Source of the DNA: the human T2T-CHM13v2.0 reference genome, Homo sapiens
Length of the DNA stretch: 64,000 nt
NCBI RefSeq assembly: GCF_009914755.1
Contig: NC_060926.1
Strand: one strand, 5' to 3'
Under the pieces are notes generated by a model that was not told where the DNA came from, did not search any database, and saw nothing but the letters and a program-made list of their open reading frames with translations. Position numbers and translations under genes: made by a program. Shown here one piece after another: positions 27,207 to 39,639 of this stretch; the stretch's first letter is position 1, and every line of letters starts with the position of its first letter.

Positions 27207-29229
27207 CTGGAGACAAGGTTTCCAGAATTAATACATAGGAATATCGAGATCAGGCTGGAATATCTCCTGGGCATCAGGACAGGCAGATGGCGTCCACATT
27301 ATACAGCAGTGTTAACGTGTCTAGAAATGTATCTCAGAAACACTTTTAGGGACTATTTCATTGATTATTATATTGTACAGACATCTATTTAGATATACTC
27401 TCTGTACACCTACTTAATTATACTAGACATTAAATCACATATACACAACATAGGACAATCACAATATGAACATAAAATCACAAGAAGATTTTGAAATTTT
27501 CTAGAATTTTTCCAGGCAGACAATCAATCAGCAATTGGAAAATCAGAATTTTGGAGCTGGTTCTTTTCACTGATTATTTTTATTATCTTGTTGACCATTT
27601 AGTCTGGTATTAATGCAGTGACAGTGATGATATAAGTGCACTCAAATACCGTCATCATCCTGTCCAGAAAAATCAGTGACTACAGAGTTATATGGTTGCA
27701 TGCAAATCGGACATAACATGAAAGCTCACAAACACAGAGTGAGCATATGAATTTACTTATGATTCCCTAAGGGTAAGATTGTTTAATCTATCAGAAAATA
27801 CCTTTCTTAAAACACACAGATGACAAAGAGAACCCCGTGCAAATAAAAATATTGTGATTAAAATGAAAGTGTTATCATGTTTGGATTCAAGAGAACAACC
27901 TTTCACATTGAAGTTTAATTTACTTTCATTATTATGGAGAGTTAAAGCAAAGAATGAAACAAATATTATTTTCTCGTTTCTGAGTCTGATGAACATTAAT
28001 GGAAATACAATTTGCAGAGGAGGTTCTCTTTTAAAGAAGGCAAACTAGCTGATGTGGCTTAGATATTATGATTCTATGTGATACTTGGAAACAGCATACC
28101 TCAAAAATCACATAGCCATGTTCATTTTAAAAGTACATTTTAAAAGTGCATTTTAAAAGTAAGATTGGAAAATTTTATTAATATTCAGTTTTCTATACCT
28201 GTGAATAGAATCTAGAATGCATCAGAAACATTCTTCAACTATGCTACCTGCATATCTTTAAAAATTATTCTCTGAACCATTCAAGATATAAATGAGATTT
28301 TTCTGAGATGGAATTGGGTCTTTAGTGATCATGGGCTTTATCCAGGGCTTCCTTTTAGGAAGACACAAACAATTTCATCTGCCTCGAAGGACTGCAAATA
28401 CCATCTTCACTTTAGATTGCATCATCTCAGAAAAAAACATAAAATACACATGAGGCTTAGGTGAGTTAAGTTTGTCCATTTATTTTTTTCTTTTTTAAAA
28501 ACTATATTGGCAATGAGCTGACTTTAATTGTATAGACATTTTAAAATGTTAACATCTTCGACAGATAACACTAAATAAATAAATATTATTTTGATTGTAG
28601 TGTGATCACATTTCCACTATATCTCATTTGAACCTTTTAGCCAGTCTGCTATGAAGTAGTCAGCTTAAGTCTTAATTTTATTTTAACAATGATAAAAGAA
28701 ACTGTCAAAGAAACTGTCATATGACTAAATATCACACAACTGAAATATTTAAATTTTGTTCTTGATTTTAAACATATGGAAAAATCTTAATCATGGTAAA
28801 ATATTTTAAATTGAGGAAGCATCTGTCTGTTTTTTCCTTGAATTATTGTATATCAGATTTATATACACACACTTATTGGTGGACTACAAATGAGTATGCT
28901 GGTAACCGCTTTTATTTCTTAGTGGACTTTGATATCTCTCACATGTTTGTAACCTAGAGAAGCAGGAAGACAAATTGGACTAGAATACTCCAATTCATAC
29001 GAGTTAAATGCTGAGAATAAATTTAGGAGACATAAAGAAGAGTATTATTTGGTCTGACTTTTCACTACTAGAAATGCTCACTGTTCAACTGGAGGATGGA
29101 CTGAATCTAACCATCTCTATTGTTTTATTGATCAGTTAAACAATTAGATGGAACACTAGAAGCACAATTCACGACGGATGAAAAGTTATGAGAGTTGATG
29201 ATGAAATGGGATGAAACAATACTTTTCAC

Positions 29230-29388
29230 CTCCATAGCATCAGTTTTCATCTCTTCTCGAAAAAGATGTATTTGTTTTTGTTTAATAGTGAATCCTTCTC
29301 TAGTCATTGGCGGTGTGGCTGGTTCAGCAGATTTTGCAGTGGTAACTACTACTTCAGGTATAAACATTTTCTCAGCTTCCATCCTTAG
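29230..29388 (-). other. Putative cryptic or vestigial additional Z-repeat exon in intron 13
   Basis: TAG acceptor, GAG|GTGAAA donor, 159 nt, phase 0-0, no stop; first 46 aa align ungapped with Zr2 (18/46 identical). Confidence 0.6.
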
Positions 29389-30424
29389 CTAATTTTTAAC
29401 AAAAACAAGATAGTCAATTCATGACAAAATTTGAATGGAAACAAAAGTAAAAAGTTAATCACTCATGAAGTATGTTGCATAGTGGAATTTCTGTCATTTA
29501 TGAGACTTCTGAAAGGCTGATATGCCATTAAATGTTAGATTTGAGTAAAGGTTTAAAAAGTTTATCTTAAATCATATCTTAGAAAAAAAAGATGTAGAGT
29601 CAGAAAATGACACTGAGGGAAATACAAATAGGATTCAGGCCATCCTGCTAATGAAATGGAAAAACTTTAGTTGCTAATTTTCAAGTGGTATATTAGCAAT
29701 AAAGAATACAATTAGGTAAATGGCTCATTTGGAGTAAATGACAGAGTCATGGGAAACAGTTTAATTCATGGATATTTCATAGCTACAAATAGATACGGTA
29801 ATCTTTTCATGGCTTATGTGTAATTGTTCTGTTTGGATACTTCCTTCTCTAGATTTTAATATGCATCTTGTTTAGCTTTAGTGGGAGCTGCTACAGCATG
29901 CATTATAATTTTTTCAGCTTATCTTCTCCTCTGATATTTACAGGAGGGAAAAAAGATAAAGTTTCATACAAAGAAAATTATGGGTAATTTACTGAAATAA
30001 GTCATACTCCATAACATAATATACTGAATTTATGACCCTTCAAAACACACATCTTCTTGACAGTGAGTAAGAGTCATCATTTACTTATACATCTTCCGTG
30101 TTTTTAAAAAATGTTCATGGGCCTCTTAAAATTAGCCTGCATGCAATTTTAATCAACTTCTGGAAGATTCCCAGATGTTAATAAAATGTTGACAATAATG
30201 GTGAAGAGATAAGTGGAGAAAGGGATATGTAGTAATATTAACAATAATAAATTTTTTTAGTTTCCAATTATTTAATTGTCTAAAAAATAAATTTGGTTAA
30301 TAGTGACTCATACATAAGAAATTCAGAGACTTGATATTAATGTATTACAATAAGGAATTTCACATGATATGTGGTATTAATGTATTATAATAGGGGATTT
30401 CACACTTGGAACAACAATAGTCAC

Positions 30425-30562
30425 CTTTCCATGGGTAACTTGGATTTGTTCTTGTCTAGTAGCCATAGTTTCTCTAGTTCTCAGTATTGTTTCTTGTTCT
30501 TTGGCTTTAGCAGTAGCAACTGCTATTGTAGACAAGGCAGTTTTCTCGGCTTCCTTTCTCAT
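30425..30562 (-). CDS. TTN: TTN exon 13 (Z-repeat 6)
   Basis: CAG acceptor, GTGACT donor; 138 nt. Confidence 0.95.
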
Positions 30563-31042
30563 CTGATTATTACAGTAAAATCAAGATTTAAGTTGAACAG
30601 GGCTTCAAACACACATAGTATGACCCTTCCCCCTTCCTCATGGGGATGCAAGATGGTTATTCAGGGTTAAATACACAAGAGAAATAAACTTTCACCGGCA
30701 ATGTCTACATATACTGACTGAGAATCACAAAACTTAGAAATGTTAGCTATTAAAAAACCTCTAGATGAGTCCCTGTGTCACTTTTTAAAAATTAAGCTAA
30801 AAAATGCTAATCTTCATGCAAAGAATAATGGTGAATAAAATGAATTATAAATGTTACAGATGGATGAAAATCAAATGTGCAGATAAAATTAATGATAATC
30901 AGTCTCATATTTACCATTTTGTTTTTAGTTAGGGATTTTAAAAGGCAAATACAGATTAATAATTCATACCATATTGTAGTTAATAGTTTACTAGAAATTA
31001 GTTTAAAGATGAACTTTTCACAGCTCAAATATCTGTATTCAC

Positions 31043-31180
31043 CTTCTCCTGAGTTATTTGCACTTGTTCTCTTTTGGTAGTAATGCCTTCTCTACCTCTT
31101 GATACTAAATCTTGTTCTTTGACTTTGGGTGTGGCAACTATGACTTTAGGTACAACTGTTTTCCTAGTTTCCTTCATTAT
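31043..31180 (-). CDS. TTN: TTN exon 12 (Z-repeat 5)
   Basis: CAG acceptor, GTGAAT donor; 138 nt; IMKETRKTVVPKVIVATPKVKEQ... Confidence 0.95.
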
Positions 31181-31772
31181 CTGATCATACAAAAGAAAGT
31201 AAGAAAATAGTCATTAAATTCCATAAATCTTTAATAAAAGAAACGTAAGTCAAAAAGAAAGGAGGCAAAATTTCTTCCTATTCAAGGAAATTTTAATTGC
31301 ACTAAAATATATCATTTGAGTTACTTTGATCATCCATACTGTTTCACTGGCAAAAATATCAAAACAATAAGTCCAGTTTAAAAGAAAAAAATGTGATTAG
31401 CAATAAAAGACTAATGAGTGCTATTTTGTACTTTTCACATTTTTTAAAACTGCAATCTCTGAGACATTTCAGTAGCACTGTAAATAGCACATAATTTTTT
31501 GTATTATGAATTGACTTGTTTACGGACATCTGCTTCAATAGGAAGATATTAAAGTGAATTATTATATTATATTAGTAACAAGCCAAAGAAAGTCTGAAAG
31601 TTAGGAATGAATTGACAGTGAAAGGTAGCTGTGTGGGAAAAGAAATTTTCTATTTGCATTATAAGAAGAGGTGGAAGTGAAGAAGTGATGATTAAGATCC
31701 ATGATGAAAATGTAGGTGATTTGCAAATGAAATGGTGCAAGAGTGACTTTCACATTGGCAGGAAGTCATCAC

Positions 31773-31910
31773 CTTTTCATAACTTAGGTGCATTTGATCT
31801 TGTTGTGTGGTAGTTTCTTCTTGAGCTCCCGGGACTGTTTCTAGTTTTGTGGACTTTGCAGTGGCAACTACCACCATGGATGCAGCAGTTATCTCAGTTT
31901 CCTGTCTTAT
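31773..31910 (-). CDS. TTN: TTN exon 11 (Z-repeat 4)
   Basis: CAG acceptor, GTGATG donor; 138 nt. Confidence 0.95.
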
Positions 31911-32715
31911 CTGATGTTTAGAGTAAAATAAAGATTTGAGTTTCAAAAGATACAAAAGCAATGGGAAGACATCCTTGAAACACTCAGGAAAATACAGGAT
32001 GCTTAGTGGTGAACGATAAAATGTCAGATTTCCATTTCAGGGGCCTACACTTGTGCTTAATACATAGACTGCTTTCCTGAGGAATGGGCTTCTTTTCTGC
32101 CCACATGCGCCTTAGCAAATTGTCCTAGAACTGAACATATCTCATCTTGAGACATGTCAACGTGTTAGGGAACCCGGTGGGTGGCTGCTGACAAGTGGCT
32201 GGAAAACCATAGGCCAGCTGAACTTGCCAGTCACCAGCATTGCAATGGCAATGGGGATTTCTATGCCTTTGATTATCCTAAGTAGGGTTCTTGCTGCTTT
32301 CAAAATGTCTCACTCACAGTAAGGAGAGGGAAATTCAGTCAGCAGCCTCTGGTCAGCCTTTTAAGTGTACAAGGTTCTCAACTGGACCTTTAAAGAAAGT
32401 AGCTCTAAGATCAGCAAAGAGCTTGAGTTCAAGGAGGATGAGCACAGGCGCCCTCTTTGACATGGAAGAATTCAAGATAAATGCCTCTCTCCTGACACTT
32501 AAAGGTTTGATTTCACATACGGGAGAGATGTGGATTTTAGTGACACTGAGATTGTCCTCACACAGCTCTACGGCACAACAGCAGCAAATGCTTCTAGGTC
32601 ACTGTTTATCAACCGTGAATTGAAGGAATTTTTTTTTTTGAGGAAGTATTTGCTTTCTCCGATGTCTGGCATATCCTCACTTTCCCTTGCTATTTATTCG
32701 GGGTGTTTATGGCTG

Positions 32716-32720
32716 ATGTA

Positions 32721-32756
<36 letters not shown>

Positions 32757-32770
32757 TGTGTGTGTGCATG
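32716..32770. repeat. (TG)n imperfect microsatellite
   Basis: Direct reading. Confidence 0.9.
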
Positions 32771-33136
32771 TAAAGTTTGTGCATTACAATCTAAGTGACT
32801 GAGGGCTTAGGCTATGCACGAAGAAACCAACTGTCCCGGTGGGTAACTGGACTGGCATGATATCTATCATCCATTTATGTATGTTCTAGAAAGTTCATAG
32901 ATGTGCCCTAAACTGTTCTGTAGACAATCTCCTGAAAACTGATCAAGTGAGTGGAAAATAGTGCAATGTGAACATAATTTCCATCCTGAGTTTCAATACT
33001 AGACATAGAGGAACAATAACAAAAAATATACAACCAAAGACTTCTCCATTTAAGGGTTTTGACTATAAGCTACCTGCAGCTGGCTGTAATGTGATATTGT
33101 CAACAAACTACAAAATATTTAGAAAATCAGACTTAC

Positions 33137-33262
33137 TGCTTCTTGAGTTACTTGTTTCTGTTTCTTAGTAATTTCTTCAGAAATTCTAGTTTCTTGTTCT
33201 TTGGCTTTAGCTGCGGAAATTACTACCTTTGGTACAAATGTTTTTTCAGTTTCTTTTCTTAT
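33137..33262 (-). CDS. TTN: TTN exon 10 (Z-repeat 3)
   Basis: CAG acceptor, GTAAGT donor; 126 nt; IRKETEKTFVPKVVISAAKAKEQ... Confidence 0.95.
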
Positions 33263-34468
33263 CTGCAAAGAATGATTTAAGAAAAAACTTTATTTCCTGA
33301 TGCCCAATGAAATAATATGGTGTTTATTAAATATAACAACATAGGAATTTGAAGATGTAAAATCCCTTTTCTGCAGATGTCACTAAATAAAATAAATAAT
33401 CCCATGTTCATAAATAAGATCATGCTCTTTCTCTCCTTAAACTGTAAATTATGTAGGCTGCTTAGAGAAAACAAAGTTGAATTCAACACTTTGTTTTGAA
33501 CAGCAGAATTGTAGTCTTCTTTAAAATGACTTCCAATGTTTACAAATAGATCTATGGCAATATTATTCTGTACTAATTCTGTCATCTAAAGGTAATCTTA
33601 GAATATATATCAGAATGGAAGACTTTAGAAGTAATTTTGTCTGATCTTTTTATTTTACATGTGAGAAATCAAGCATGGATAATTTATAATCTGCATTTAT
33701 ACAATATTTTTGTTTTGTCAGTTTTCCTAAATACTGTGAAGAATGCTGTTTCCATCTGGGCACCTAAGGTATATGCGTATGTAGGGGGACAGTTTTCTCT
33801 ATTTGCCTCTTTGCCATTCTCAAATATCTCATCACTGAAACACAGGATCTCAAGGCTGAAAGGGACTTGAAATTCATCTTCTCAAACCACCCAACTGCCA
33901 ACTGGTTCCACTGGCCAAGAGCTCTACTAACTGGCATTTTCCAATCTGTCCCCAAATGCCGCCAACCATGGGGCTGTCCTTTTCACCTTTTCTGGTCATT
34001 TGGCTTGTTAAAGCCATGCTGTCCATTCCACTTCAAACTCATGTGCAAATGTCTTCCGAAGGAGCCAGGAAGCAGTTGCTAAGATTTCTAAAGCAAAGTG
34101 AGTTCAGTGTCTCCTCCACTTTTCCCCATTCCTGCCTCAGCATCTATTTCTTCCTCCTGGTTTTAGCCATCTGTCCTCTCCCTATAGTCTTATACTTAGT
34201 GCATCCCCAGATCAATGTGATGAGACCCCTGTTTCTACTCCTGGTGTATGTTCACAGAGTTCTTTTTCATACTCACAAGGGGAGCATTCAGGGACACTAC
34301 CAAACTTTGGTATCCAGTACCCAGAAATTTACACATACAACAAGGGGATCTTATTAGTATGCTAACAACCATGTGGCCCAAGGAACAACACTCTTCATGG
34401 TAAAGGTGATTATCTGTGTTGACCCCTGTAAGAACCTCAGTGAATTTAAAATACAAACCCATTTTCAC

Positions 34469-34606
34469 CTGCTCATGAGTTACGTGCATCTGCTCTTGCT
34501 TTGTGGTAATTACTTCTTTGGTTCTTGATTTTAATTCTTGTTCCTTGGCTTTATCGGCGGCCACTACTACCTTAGTTACAGCAGTCTTCTCCGCTTCCTT
34601 TCTTAC
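34469..34606 (-). CDS. TTN: TTN exon 9 (Z-repeat 2)
   Basis: CAG acceptor, GTGAAA donor; 138 nt. Confidence 0.95.
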
Positions 34607-34660
34607 CTGCTTTTCATAGAGAAAGGAAGAAAACACCTTAATGCATCTTACATAAAAATT

Positions 34661-34879
34661 AGTTCAAGACCAGCCTCGCCAACATGGTGAAATCCTCTAC
34701 TAAAAAATACAAAAATTAGCTGGGTGTGGTGGCGCACACCTGTAATCCCAGCTACTCACGAGACTGAGGCACAAGAATCACTTAAACCCAGGAGGCGGAG
34801 GCTGCAGTGAGCGGAGGTCATGCCACTGCACTCTAGCCTGGGTGACAGAGCGAGACTCTGTCTCAGAAAAGAAAAAAAA
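34661..34879 (+). mobile_element. 5'-truncated Alu, about 55 nt from the exon 9 acceptor
   Basis: agttcaagaccagcctcgccaacatggtg...gagactctgtctcagaaaa. Confidence 0.93.
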
Positions 34880-35463
34880 GTTACAATAATCTGTCAGGAT
34901 TTAGACATAAATGTCACACAAGAGGATAAGGAGGAAAGCTGGAATGATTTTAAACTGTAACAGAAAATCTATTCAAATGCGAGGTGGGACATTATCCTGG
35001 ATTTATGACACTGTTCCAGCTATGAATCAAGTGTCATGTTTGTTTTGAGAAAAGTAAAAACAAAAGTCCTTTGGGGAAACTTAGAGAAATGTAATGCCTT
35101 CCCTGAAATAGTAGTTTCCACATCCAGTGTGTGCAGTGACTGAGCTCTGGAATTGACTGGTCTCTGTTTCTCTGGCCACTCTTTGCCTTCCTACCTTGAA
35201 TACCATAGTTGACTTTTGCCTGCTCATATAGCCCAGGTATTTCTGGCCTACTCTGCTCTTGTGATACTCACATTGTCAACACCTTTGACATCTCCGACCA
35301 CCTTTTGCTCAGAAAGTTCTAAAAGTCTGGGCCCTGCTGGGCTCAAGGCTGTCTTCAGAATGAATTGAGCACAGCTGCATGCCAAGCTCAGTGGATGGTG
35401 GTTGAGTTAATGTGCACTGAAGGACGTGGCTCTGCGGGTGCCCCATGGCAGCCTCGCACGTAC

Positions 35464-35616
35464 CTGTTCTTGAGCAGGTTGGATGTGCACAGCAGTCGTG
35501 GTTGTCCTCTGAGCAGTCTGCTCTACAGCGCTGATCACTGGTTCTCTCACTCTGGCCATATCAACGGCAGCAACAACAGTCGCAACAGCTGCACTTTTGT
35601 CAGCATCTTGTTTCAC
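35464..35616 (-). CDS. TTN: TTN exon 8 (Z-repeat 1)
   Basis: TAG acceptor, GTACGT donor; 153 nt. Confidence 0.95.
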
Positions 35617-35986
35617 CTAGATTAGAAATGACCAAGTAGATTACTTTTTTAAATGACATGCCCAGTAGAAAATAAAAAAGCATACTGGAAAACTGAGCCA
35701 CCTAGAGCAAAATACACTCATACATAAGCATTTATTATTGCCAAGAAATACAGAGACTGTATCATTAAAACCTGTATATTATGGAAACTTCACAGATTGG
35801 AGCTTTTGTCCTAATTAAAAATGGTTTTACAAAGCATGACTACTGAATTTGGTCTTCAGTTGCTGCTATATTTTTATGTTCATATGCATTTTTCCTCCAA
35901 TTTATACAGACTGAGTTTCATGGCAGAAATCCAGTTGGAGAAACTAGAATGTGAAATAAGGAAAAACAAAACCATTCTGACAGTAC

Positions 35987-36317
35987 CTCTTTAGCACCAG
36001 TGGCAACAGCCTCTGCTGCGTAGCTAGCACTGGCCGACACACTGGCGGCAGCACCCGCAGCACCACTGATGGTCACTTGCTCCTGGACACCGTATCTCCC
36101 TTCCCATCTCTCTTCTGTCCTGATCTGAGTAGAGGTTGTCAGCGTTGTCTCTCTCATCTCAGCCTCAGATGAGGAGGCCACGTAGCCCTCTTGCTTCCAA
36201 GGGGGAGGCACTTCAGGACCTGTGGCCACGGTGGATGCCTGAGTCTTACGCATGAGCAATGGAGACCTAACAGACCTGATGGGGGATGTGGAGATTCTTG
36301 CTGCTGGAGACACGGAC
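35987..36317 (-). CDS. TTN: TTN exon 7
   Basis: CAG acceptor, GTACTG donor; 331 nt. Confidence 0.95.
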
Positions 36318-38479
36318 CTGAAAACCAAAAGGCAGAGGTCAAGAATGTCAAAGCAAGGAGGGGTAACTGGATGTGAATCATGAGATGAAAAGCTGGAAGT
36401 GCTTTAAGGCAGAGTTTTAAAATGTGTGCCTCCATAACCCATTCAGAGGGTAAATAATGTACTTGGAAGTAATTTGTTTTAAATCTCAATAAACCTATTC
36501 TTATCTGCTGTAACCCTGTAAGAGAATCAGCTTTAATTCCAAATAAGCTGGAGATTTTGTGCCTTGCACCTTCTCACATTAAAAAAAAAAAAAAATCACA
36601 ACAGAAAAAGCTACTTCTTTAATATGCAGCCAAAGGAAAGACATGTCAAATCCAGCAACCTCTGTATTCCAAATTCATCTCTGTATTCCAATTCTGGGGG
36701 GGTTAGAGGATGTCAAATAGGTGTTATAAGAAGAAAGGTTTCTGTAATCAAAATGCTTGTGCCACTCTTGACTAAGCAGCTTAAGCCATTTTTTTTTTTC
36801 CCCTGCAGGACTTCCCACAGCCTTTACTATGTCAGTATGCCTTGTGAATTTCCAGGACAGGGGGACACATCCTCAGGAAGCTTTCTGCAGCATGTTGCTG
36901 GGTACAGGTTGTGCAGTGCACTTTGCAAATTGCTGCTTTAGCCGAAGTGTTTGTGGACAGCTACTTTTAATTTCCTCCATATTTGTTTACACTCGCCCCC
37001 CTTGTATTGCACTCTGGACTTATTTTAAATATCTTTAGAGTTATTGTGGGAATTGACTAACTTAAAAACTAATGATTCTGTGATTTTTGGGTAAATTGAT
37101 AAAGTTGCTTCTTCCAGAATAGTTTTCATTGTTTGCTTTTTAGGTGTATCCAAAGTGCAAGTAGCATCAGTTGAAGAATTTGGGTGCTAAATCCCAGCAC
37201 TGATGGCCAAAAAAGACTATTTCTGATCTATAGCAATAATTCTGGGGATTGGCCAACTATTGTAAGGTAAAATTTTTTTCAGAACTGATTTAATTCTTAA
37301 TAAGGCTTATTACATTTTCCTCTCTAGGTGGCAGTATTGCCCTATCATTGCATTTTATTAATTCTGCATATAAGAAAATGTTTATAAATGCATCTTGTCA
37401 CTATCTAGGATATTTAGCTTACACTGATCATACATGAAATGATTATTCTAATTAAGCTCAAGGTACAGTTGATATTTTCTCTAACTTACAGAGTACCCTA
37501 ACAGTACATTACAACATTAACCAGTTTCACGAAGAAATGTTTATTTTCTCGAAGAATGGCTTTTTTTGTGTGAAAATCCATTTACATTTTGTAAATGAAG
37601 TTGTAATCAAACTAAAGGGAAATCTAGGGAATAAGCCTCTTTTCTGAACATGACTGCCTTTGAAATATAACAAAAACCAAGTGAGAATAATGTGTGGTTT
37701 CCACTAACTGAAGAAAAGCAAAGAGACATGTGCTTTTAAGTTTCACCCTGTGCCTTGTTCTTGCTGTACTTAGTAAATGGGTTTAATTCAAAAAGAGTTA
37801 AAGACATGATTAGCATGACATGACTGATTAACAGCAGGACACAGGTAAGCCCATAACTGTGAAAATCATTGTAATTTTGGTCATTATAGGAGAGTGCTTA
37901 TTTCTGTACTTACAACAAAAAATAATCACCTGGTCACAGCGAGATACAATGCACCTTATTCAATGAAATATGTTTGCCTTACTCTACAACAAAAATCAAG
38001 ATTAAACTATGAGATATTTAGGAAGCAGTCTATCTTTGATAACCATTATTTTCTCTGCAAATTGGCATTTTATTTCTTAATTATTGGAAAGCAAAATTTT
38101 GGGGCAATTTGGATGGTTATTAATGAACTTTCAAAACTGCTAAGATGGTCAAAATGCTCCATGGGATCAGGGACACTCCATGATTCTAAATGACCCTTAG
38201 GCTTGGGTTTTAAAATATAGTTAGGTTGTTATCTCCTCAAGAAATTGCATTTGGCTTGTGTTGTGATTTCATGGTGTGCAAACTTGGATTTAGCCTGAGA
38301 CTGAACATTTTTTTTTATTCGACTGCTAGACATGTTTTTTAAAGTAAGCTTTTTGTTCAAGGTTTCATGTTAGTGTTTGCCAATATCTTTACATTTTTGT
38401 GGCTAAAACAATAAAAATTGGAAAACATCTAGCATTTTTTTCACGTTTATTGGACTTTTACATTGCCTCTTATGTTAAA

Positions 38480-39300
38480 TACTTTTTTGTATCTTTTGTC
38501 TTTTTTTGTGTTGCATTTTTTTCCTTTAAAAATTAATTTGTGGATGATTTTTAATGCATTTAGTGCATTTATTGGTTATTTGTCGTAAGTGTTGCAAACA
38601 TTCCCCCAGATCCATTTCTTTTAATCCATTTCAATATTTTGCTTGTTTATGGGTCTTATCCAGCATAAGCTTACGTAATTTTGTATGTTATATACTGTTT
38701 CTAGGCTGGTGTTGTCTACCTTGTAGCCATTTTATGTTTATTGTGATACTTTTATGGCAGAGGCAATGAAGTACCTTGAGGAGGAGAAAGGTCTTAAAAT
38801 TTTTTCACAAGTGCTGTTTGGTTTAGAAATGACTTTTTGCTTTTGCCATACATACATGTTGATTTTTATGTAGTTGAATCTGTAACTGTCTTTTTAAAAG
38901 CTTTCACCCATAAATGCTTTTGCAGATTGTCTTCTCTTTTTTTTTCATTTTTTAACTATTTAATCAAGCTGAAATTTATTCTGTAAATAGTGAGAGGCAG
39001 AGGTTTATGTTTGTTTGCTTCCAGATGGATAGCTAATTGGACCAGCATTCTTTATTAAAATACCTCTCCCTCCCCTGAATTGAAAGGCCACTTTGCTTTT
39101 TGAATTCCCTATATACTTGGATCTATTATACTTGGATCTCTTTCTGGACTCTCTGTTTTGTTCCCCTGGTGTATTTTTCTATTCATTTACCAATACCATA
39201 CTGTTCTGATTATAGTAACTTTACAGTATGTTTGAATATTATTTAGGTCAACTATCTCCTTATTATTCTTTTATAAAAAATTTTCTTGGCAGGGAACATC
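38480..39300 (-). mobile_element. Degenerate old L1 fragment
   Basis: T-rich sequence with L1 antisense motifs (ccagatggatagctaattg, ccaataccatactgttctgattatagta). Confidence 0.55.
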
Positions 39301-39639
39301 CATGTGTTTTTTATTTCATTTAAATTGATCAATAAACACTTCTTTGCTCAAATTTTGTACATTTTTCATTTCATCATATTAAAAGTTTCATCATGATAAA
39401 CTAAATCCCAAACTTTCAAAACTGTTGTGGACAATTTACACTTGATTATATAATTTCTGAGCCCTGATCATGATACATGATCACCTTCTAAAATACTTCC
39501 ATATTAAGTAAGCATAGAAGTCCATTTTATTTTCTAGATAAAATAACACAAGCATATGCAAAATATTTAAAAGGTTTTACTTACCATCTGAATATAAGAA
39601 TATTGGCATAATTATTTTCTATTTACAAGGCACTTTCAA

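Noticed and set aside
28123-28720. Short direct repeats (cattttaaaagt x3; aagaaactgtca x2)
   Set aside because: Ordinary slippage duplications in an AT-rich intron
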